A stretch of DNA of 64,000 bases. Origin: Octopus vulgaris (taxonomy: Eukaryota). Location: assembly GCA_951406725.2 (NCBI GenBank), contig OX597837.1:47058001-47122000 (forward strand), given 5' to 3'. Positions 63,212-64,000 of this stretch are shown here, in pieces. The notes under the pieces are model-generated. The model saw nothing but the letters and a program-made list of their open reading frames with translations, did not search any database and was not told where the DNA came from. The position numbers and the translations under genes were made by a program. Position 1 is the first letter of the stretch. Each line of letters starts with the position of its first letter.

Positions 63212-63430
63212 GCATATGTGTGTATATGTTTGTGTGTCTGTGTTTGTTCCCCCAACATTGCTTGACAACCGATGCTGGTGTGTTTACGTCCCCGTAACTT
63301 AGTGGTTCGGCAAAAGAGATCGATAGAATAAGTACTAGGCTTACAAAGAATAAGTCCTCGGGTTGATTTGCTCAACTATGGGCGATGCTCCATCATGGCC
63401 GCAGTCAAATCACTGAAACAAGTAAAAGAG
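62992..63430 (+). mobile_element. Full-length tRNA-derived CORE-like SINE
   Basis: A box TGGCTGTGTGG, B box GGTTCAGTCCC, CCTTGGGCAAGTGTCTT core, internal microsatellite, tail ...GACTGAAACAAGTAAAAG; fragments at about 20500-20670, 29245-29575, 29830-29940, 32678-32880, 34068-34228, 34265-34400, 59215-59410 and 59520-59705. Confidence 0.8.
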
Positions 63431-63436
63431 TATGTG

Positions 63437-63470
<34 letters not shown>

Positions 63471-63659
63471 TTTGCACTTATGTAGTGATATGCATGTCAC
63501 CTGTGTGCAAAGGTAAATTTCTGCACTTTTGCCATAACATATCTTTATTGTTGTCACCCCACCTTCTGCCCATGCATGCTAATGGTTGGTACTCTTGTGG
63601 TCACGTGATGCCAGTTTGAGCCTGCTGGTGCCGTTTTTCTTTCTGACTTTACAGTGAGA

Positions 63660-63790
63660 GTATGGCCGCTCCACTAGCAATGTGCACCAAAGAAGAAGAA
63701 AGAGCATCATTGTGAGGCAGAATTCAAAAGACAGAGTTTGGAAGGGAAACATCCTGGCTTGCCAGCAATGAAGAAATTCAAGACTCAGTC
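63660..63790 (+). mobile_element. Deleted mariner N-terminus
   Basis: MAAPLAMCTKEEERA resembles mariner transposase start MxAPLxxCTxEEQR. Confidence 0.45.
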
Positions 63791-64000
63791 TCCTGCAGGA
63801 AAGTTGATGCTAACCCTGCCGAGGTTGACGTTCCCTTTCATCGTTTCAGGGTCAATAAAATAAGTAACAGTTGAGCACAGGGGTTGATGTATAATTAACT
63901 TACCTTTCCCTTCAAATTGCTGGCTTTGTGCCAAAATTTGAAACCAGTATTTTCCTAGTCCTGATGCCCAATCTGCTGATTTCTTCAAGTGTCCAGTTTA

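Overview
AT-rich, repeat-dense animal genomic DNA. The microsatellite load and SINE/LINE complement suggest a cephalopod such as Octopus (inference). Two spliced genes could be rebuilt by hand. (1) The 3' eight coding exons of an organic anion transporting polypeptide (SLCO/OATP) gene lie on + at 4294-22592, with the 5' exons upstream of the window. (2) A complete 7-exon phosphomannomutase (PMM2-like, 250 aa) gene lies on - at 27907-41155, convergent with SLCO. A possible first coding exon of a third gene lies at 52396-52431. The rest is microsatellites, several SINE families, RTE/CR1/CRE/Hero-like LINE remnants, Tc1/mariner and Gypsy remnants, piggyBac- and Merlin-like MITEs and Helitron-like elements. 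Most ORF-track entries are microsatellite or repeat artefacts. The most interesting signals are: a C4HC3 PHD finger inserted inside the RT of two RTE LINE subfamilies; two PMM codons that a single A-to-I edit would restore to the conserved residue, one next to inverted-repeat dsRNA; Merlin-like CpG-rich MITEs with interchangeable satellite cores (one telomeric) beside gene starts; a 1.8 kb element bounded by two outward-facing Helitron 3' ends; and a ~350 bp palindrome downstream of the SLCO stop. No prokaryote-style system (CRISPR, operon) is present. Repeat boundaries are approximate; exon boundaries were read at base level.
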